Shown: piece by piece, positions 37,729 to 41,183 of the stretch
Position numbering within the stretch: the stretch's first letter is position 1
Layout of the letters: every line of letters starts with the position of its first letter
DNA from: Gammaproteobacteria bacterium RIFCSPLOWO2_02_FULL_61_13
Lineage (GTDB): Bacteria > Pseudomonadota > Gammaproteobacteria > Eutrophobiales > Eutrophobiaceae
Assembly (NCBI GenBank): GCA_001801865.1
Contig: MGYT01000125.1
Coordinates: 4,521-45,703 of the forward strand
DNA length: 41,183 bases
Direction: 5' to 3'
Position numbers and translations under genes: made by a program
Notes under the pieces: generated by a model
Database searches by the model: none
Told to the model about the DNA's origin: nothing
The model's input: the letters and a program-made list of their open reading frames with translations, nothing else

Positions 37729-38694
37729 TTATTGCAGTTGCTGCAACTGCTCCGACGCCAGGTCAGCCGGCAGGGGGATGTAACCGTCCCGTACCACGAC
37801 CTCCTGCCCCGCCTTGGACAGGATCATTTTCATGAACTCCAGCTCCAGCGGCGGCAGCGGCTTGTTGGGCGACTTGTTCACGTAGACATACAAAAGTCTG
37901 GACAGCGGATACGCACCGGAAATGGCATTCTCCGGCGTGGCCTCCTCGAATTTACCATCTGCGCCCGCCAGCGGCACGGCGCGGACACCGGACGTCTTGT
38001 AGCCGATACCCGAGTAACCAATACCGGTCAGTGACTTGGTGACGCCCTGCACCACCGAGGCCGAACCCGGCTGTTCATTCACGTTGTTCTTGAAGTCGCC
38101 CTTGCACAACGCGAATTCCTTGAAGTAACCATAGGTGCCGGACACGGAATTGCGGCCGTACAACTGCACCGGCTTGGCGGCCCAGTCCCCGGTCAGACCG
38201 GCTTGTCCCCAGGTCGTCACGTCCTCCTTGTAACCGCACTTGCGCGTCGCCGAGAAGACGGCATCAACCTGCGCAATAGTAAGTCCGGCCACCGGATTGT
38301 CCTTGTGCACGTAGACCGCCAGCGCGTCGATTGCCACGCCCACGGCTGTAGGTTTGTACCCATGCTTGCTCTCGAAGGCCGCGATTTCCTCGGCCTTCAT
38401 TTCCCGGCTCATGGGGCCGAAATTGGAGGTCCCCTCGGTGAGCGCCGGTGGCGCCGTGGAGGACCCGGCGGCCTGGATCTGCACGTTGACGTTCGGATAC
38501 TGCTTCTTGAAGTCCTCGGCCCAGAGGGTCATCAGGTTCGCCAGGGTGTCGGAGCCCACACTGTTGATGTTGCCGGAAACACCGCTGGCCTTGGCGTAGT
38601 CCGGCAACGCCGGATCAACGTCCGCTGCCAGGACGGTTGTGGACAGGAATATCGCCGCTGTAGCGGTGGCCAGTCTCGCAATTTGCATGCTCAT
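37729..38694 (-). CDS. pstS: Periplasmic phosphate-binding protein PstS
   Basis: 321 aa. Signal peptide ...STTVLAADV, then GSDTLANLM and [12 protein letters not shown] typical of the PstS family (Pseudomonas type). GAGGAG SD upstream. Confidence 0.9.
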   Translation of the reverse strand: MSMQIARLATATAAIFLSTTVLAADVDPALPDYAKASGVSGNINSVGSDTLANLMTLWAEDFKKQYPNVNVQIQAAGSSTAPPALTEGTSNFGPMSREMKAEEIAAFESKHGYKPTAVGVAIDALAVYVHKDNPVAGLTIAQVDAVFSATRKCGYKEDVTTWGQAGLTGDWAAKPVQLYGRNSVSGTYGYFKEFALCKGDFKNNVNEQPGSASVVQGVTKSLTGIGYSGIGYKTSGVRAVPLAGADGKFEEATPENAISGAYPLSRLLYVYVNKSPNKPLPPLELEFMKMILSKAGQEVVVRDGYIPLPADLASEQLQQLQ

Positions 38695-38729
38695 GGGAAC
38701 TGTGTCTCCTCAGGGGTTGTTTCCGTTGC

Positions 38730-38785
38730 AGTGTGGCGGCTTCATATGACAGACGTGTTAACAGCCTGTTACAGATGCGCGACAG
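38730..38785 (-). promoter_or_regulatory. pstS promoter: four tandem PhoB half-sites (two Pho boxes) plus a -10-like element
   Basis: The minus strand reads CTGTCGCGCAT CTGTAACAGGC TGTTAACACGT CTGTCATATGA, four 11-mers at 38785-38742. Then AGCCGC and CACACT follow, so the hexamer starts 10 nt after the last 7-mer, the same spacing as at E. coli pstS and phoA. Confidence 0.7.
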
Positions 38786-38789
38786 ACGA

Positions 38790-40118
38790 TTATCCGGCGG
38801 CAGGACCCGCCGCCCGGCGCGGCCCGGCGTGGCGAATGATGCGGGTCGCTGGGAAATGACAGGTAAAGGTACTGCCTTTGCCCGGCTCGCTCCGGATTTC
38901 CAAGCTGGCGTCGTGGCGCGCCAGCGCATGCTTGACGATGGCCAGCCCCAAACCGGTGCCGCCATAGGCGCGGGAGCGCCCCTTGTCCACGCGGTAGAAC
39001 CGTTCGGTCAGCCGCGGAACATGCTCGGCCGCGATCCCCTCGCCTTGATCGCAGACCGCCAGATGCGCACCTTGATCATCGCTGTACCAGCGCATGCTGA
39101 TGCCGCCGCCGGCCGGTGTGTACTGCACCGCATTGAAGACGATGTTGGAAACGACACTGTACAGGTCGCGCTGGCTGCCGTTGACCCAGAGACCCGGTTC
39201 CGCTTCCAGCGTGATCTGGTGCGCCGAGGAACCGCTCAGGGTTTGGGCCTCTTTCTGCACGGCCAGCAGCAGTTCGCCCACCGGCGTTTCTTCATTGAAG
39301 GCCTGCTCACCGGCACTTTCCAGGCTGGACAATTGCAGCAGGTCCTCAATCAGCCGCTGCATGCGCAACGCCTGCCCGCGCATTTGCTGGATCTTCGGAC
39401 CCCAGTCCGGCGGGCAAAGCGCCGCGTCGTCCTCAAACGCCTCCAGGTAGCCGCCAATCACGGTCAGCGGCGTGCGCAATTCATGTGAGGCATTCGCGAT
39501 GAAATCCCGCCGCATGCGGTTCAACCGTTGCAGTTCGGTAACGTCCCGGGCCACGAACAACGTGTCGGCATCGCCGTATTCCGCCATGCGAAGTTCCAGC
39601 AATTGTCCTTCACTTTGCGGCGATGGCATTTCCAGCACGCGCGAGGCAGCACGGGTTTCGTGGATGGCCAGCGCCTCCGTCAACAGCGGGTGTCGCACGA
39701 GATTGGTGATGCGCTGGCCGGCGTCCCGGGGAAACTCGATGCCGAGATAGGCCTGAGCCCGATCATTGGCCCATTTGATTCGCCCACTGCGGTCAGTGAT
39801 GATGACGGCATCGGGTAGCGCGGCGGCAGCGTCCCTAAAGCGCGACAGGTAATCCGTGAGCTTGGCCTCCCATTGCGTGTGATGGGAACGGGCAATCTGG
39901 AATTCACGCGCCAGTTCGTTAATCACCCCCGGTACATCAGGCAAGCTTTCGTCGGCCTCGTGACGCACGCACTCGACGACCTGCTGCAACATCCGGAAAT
40001 ACCAGATCCCCAGCCCGACCAGCCCGATGGTTATGAACAGGAATGGATGACCGAAATACAGGCCTGGAACAAGGAACACGGTGACACAGACCAGGACCCG
40101 CAGCAGATCGAGACGCAT
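38790..40118 (-). CDS. phoR: Phosphate regulon sensor histidine kinase PhoR
   Basis: 442 aa: two N-terminal TM segments, a PAS-like region, the H-box FIANASHELRTPLT, and N/G boxes (NAVQYTP; DQGEGI; GGTGLGLAIVKH). Downstream of phoB. Confidence 0.9.
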   Translation of the reverse strand: MRLDLLRVLVCVTVFLVPGLYFGHPFLFITIGLVGLGIWYFRMLQQVVECVRHEADESLPDVPGVINELAREFQIARSHHTQWEAKLTDYLSRFRDAAAALPDAVIITDRSGRIKWANDRAQAYLGIEFPRDAGQRITNLVRHPLLTEALAIHETRAASRVLEMPSPQSEGQLLELRMAEYGDADTLFVARDVTELQRLNRMRRDFIANASHELRTPLTVIGGYLEAFEDDAALCPPDWGPKIQQMRGQALRMQRLIEDLLQLSSLESAGEQAFNEETPVGELLLAVQKEAQTLSGSSAHQITLEAEPGLWVNGSQRDLYSVVSNIVFNAVQYTPAGGGISMRWYSDDQGAHLAVCDQGEGIAAEHVPRLTERFYRVDKGRSRAYGGTGLGLAIVKHALARHDASLEIRSEPGKGSTFTCHFPATRIIRHAGPRRAAGPAAG

Positions 40119-40141
40119 GATGCTGCCCGCGCCTGTTGCCG

Positions 40142-40855
40142 CTACCTGGCGGAGAATCGATAGCCGACGCTGCGCACGGTCTGGATGAAACGGTCATAAC
40201 CATACGCTTCGAGGGTCTTGCGCAGCCGCCGGATATGCACGTCGATGGTGCGCTCTTCCACGTAGACATTCTGGCCCCAGACCTGATCCAGCAACTGCGC
40301 CCGGCTGTAGACCCGTTCCGGATGGGTGATGAAAAAATGCAGCAGCCGGAATTCCGTCGGGCTGATTTCCACCGGCTGCCCGTCGGCGGTGACGCGAAAG
40401 GTTTCATTGTCCAGTTTGAGCCCGGCAAAACTGACCACGGCGTCGGCCGGTTCCGGTGCCGCCCGGCGCAGGATGGCACGCACCCGCGCCAGCAGTTCGC
40501 GCGTGGAAAACGGCTTGGTGATGTAGTCGTCGGCGCCGGTGTCCAGGCCGCGCACCTTGTCGGCCTCGTCACTGCGCGCGGTCAGCATGATGATGGGGAT
40601 GTCGCGTGTCTGCGGATCATTGCGCACGCGGCGGGCGTAGTCCACGCCGCTCATGCCCGGCAGCATCCAGTCCATCAGGATCAGATCCGGCTTCTGGCGC
40701 GCGATCAGCGGGCGCGCCTGTTCCACGTCCGCTGCCTCTTCAAACTGGAAGCCTTCCCTGACCAGTGCATAGCCCAGCATTTCACGGATCGCGGCCTCAT
40801 CTTCGATGATGAGCACGCGTCCCTTCATGGTTGATTCAACCGCGCTGACGGGCAT
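40142..40855 (-). CDS. phoB: Phosphate regulon response regulator PhoB (OmpR family)
   Basis: Receiver domain (RVLIIEDE...LILMDWMLPG...IIMLTAR) plus winged helix (TVRSVGYRF). There are two candidate starts, ATG 40855 (MPVSAVEST...) and ATG 40828 (MKGRVLIIEDE, the classical length of 228 aa). Neither has an SD. The promoter geometry described in the findings favours 40855 as a leaderless start. Confidence 0.92.
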   Translation of the reverse strand: MPVSAVESTMKGRVLIIEDEAAIREMLGYALVREGFQFEEAADVEQARPLIARQKPDLILMDWMLPGMSGVDYARRVRNDPQTRDIPIIMLTARSDEADKVRGLDTGADDYITKPFSTRELLARVRAILRRAAPEPADAVVSFAGLKLDNETFRVTADGQPVEISPTEFRLLHFFITHPERVYSRAQLLDQVWGQNVYVEERTIDVHIRRLRKTLEAYGYDRFIQTVRSVGYRFSAR

Positions 40856-40861
40856 GGACGC

Positions 40862-40897
40862 ATATTAGACAGGTGCCATATTACAAATTCGTGACCG
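40862..40897 (-). promoter_or_regulatory. Putative Pho box and -10 element of the phoBR promoter
   Basis: The minus strand reads CGGTCAC GAAT TTGTAAT ATGG CACCTG TCTAATAT GCGTCC ATG. Each half-site matches CTGTCAT at 5 of 7 positions. The -10 is TCTAAT or TAATAT, 6-8 nt before the ATG at 40855. Confidence 0.45.
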
Positions 40898-40955
40898 CAA
40901 GGGTAACCCGTCGGGGCGGTTTCGTCAGAATCCGGGGCTTGGAACGCCCAGGGCG

Positions 40956-41000
40956 CTGTCACGGTTCTGTCATGGGATCTTCACATCGAGGTAATAAAAA
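40956..41000 (+). promoter_or_regulatory. Pho box (three 11-bp-phased half-sites) and -10-like element for the right-edge gene
   Basis: CTGTCAC GGTT CTGTCAT GGGA TCTTCAC (40956-40984), then ATCGAGGTAA (10 nt), then TAAAAA (40995-41000). Confidence 0.6.
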
Positions 41001-41128
41001 AGTCATTGCCCGGTAACAGCCCCTGCCTATCGTCGGCCCCCGAAATGTCCCGCGCCCCCGCCTTGGTTTTGTGCAGCCGGGTATTGGCGATTTACTCAAT
41101 TGCATGCAAACAAATAAGGAGAGCAACG

Positions 41129-41183
41129 ATGTTCGGCAAAGAAAAATTGAGGATCCTGTCCGGGGCTGCCATTCTGGGGATGG
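41129..41183 (+). CDS. 5-prime end of a probable secreted/envelope protein gene (Pho-regulated by inference); truncated by the window edge
   Basis: AAGGAGAG SD 4 nt upstream of the ATG. MFGKEKLRILSGAAILGM looks like the start of a signal peptide. Identity cannot be determined from 18 codons. Confidence 0.5.
   Translation, partial: MFGKEKLRILSGAAILGM

Overview
This is a visibly GC-rich, densely coding chromosomal segment with gammaproteobacterial (Pseudomonas-like) gene order. I call about 45 protein genes and one ncRNA, and I recognised no rRNA, tRNA, CRISPR array, transposase or integrase by eye. Left third: glnS (partial), then ubiI-ubiH-pepP-ygfB diverging from a small coiled-coil gene, zapA and 6S RNA (ssrS); after that an EVE-domain gene, ilvA, rpiA, a possible unlisted 53-aa membrane ORF, dtd, hemF and hisB-hisH. 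Middle: purH-purD, dusB-fis, a zinc-ribbon/DUF3426 gene, prmA, accB-accC, aroQ, a TlpA-like redoxin, dsbD, cutA, a SAM methyltransferase and a SixA-like phosphatase. Right third: a phosphate/polyphosphate supercluster, phoB-phoR-pstS-pstC-pstA-pstB-phoU-ppk on one strand with ppx convergent on ppk. PhoB-type 11-bp-periodic direct repeats (Pho boxes) are readable upstream of pstS, pstC, phoB and the partial gene at the right edge. The most interesting locus is 12081-14897, at the junction between the his block and the pur block. It holds a CYTH-like/CHAD (polyphosphate-granule-binding) protein translationally coupled to an orphan ParA/MinD-type ATPase, followed by an HU-fold protein with a lysine-rich N-terminal tail. 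I interpret this as a candidate ParA-driven polyphosphate-granule positioning module; this is inference, not demonstrated. Secondary observations: Pho-box promoters whose geometry predicts leaderless pstC and phoB mRNAs; perfect tandem repeats upstream of ppk; an inverted-repeat-bounded, hairpin-rich roughly 265-bp insert splitting accB from accC; a seven-repeat propeller-like periplasmic domain fused to PstC; and an atypical 6S RNA context. All calls come from reading the sequence and the supplied translations. No database search was run.
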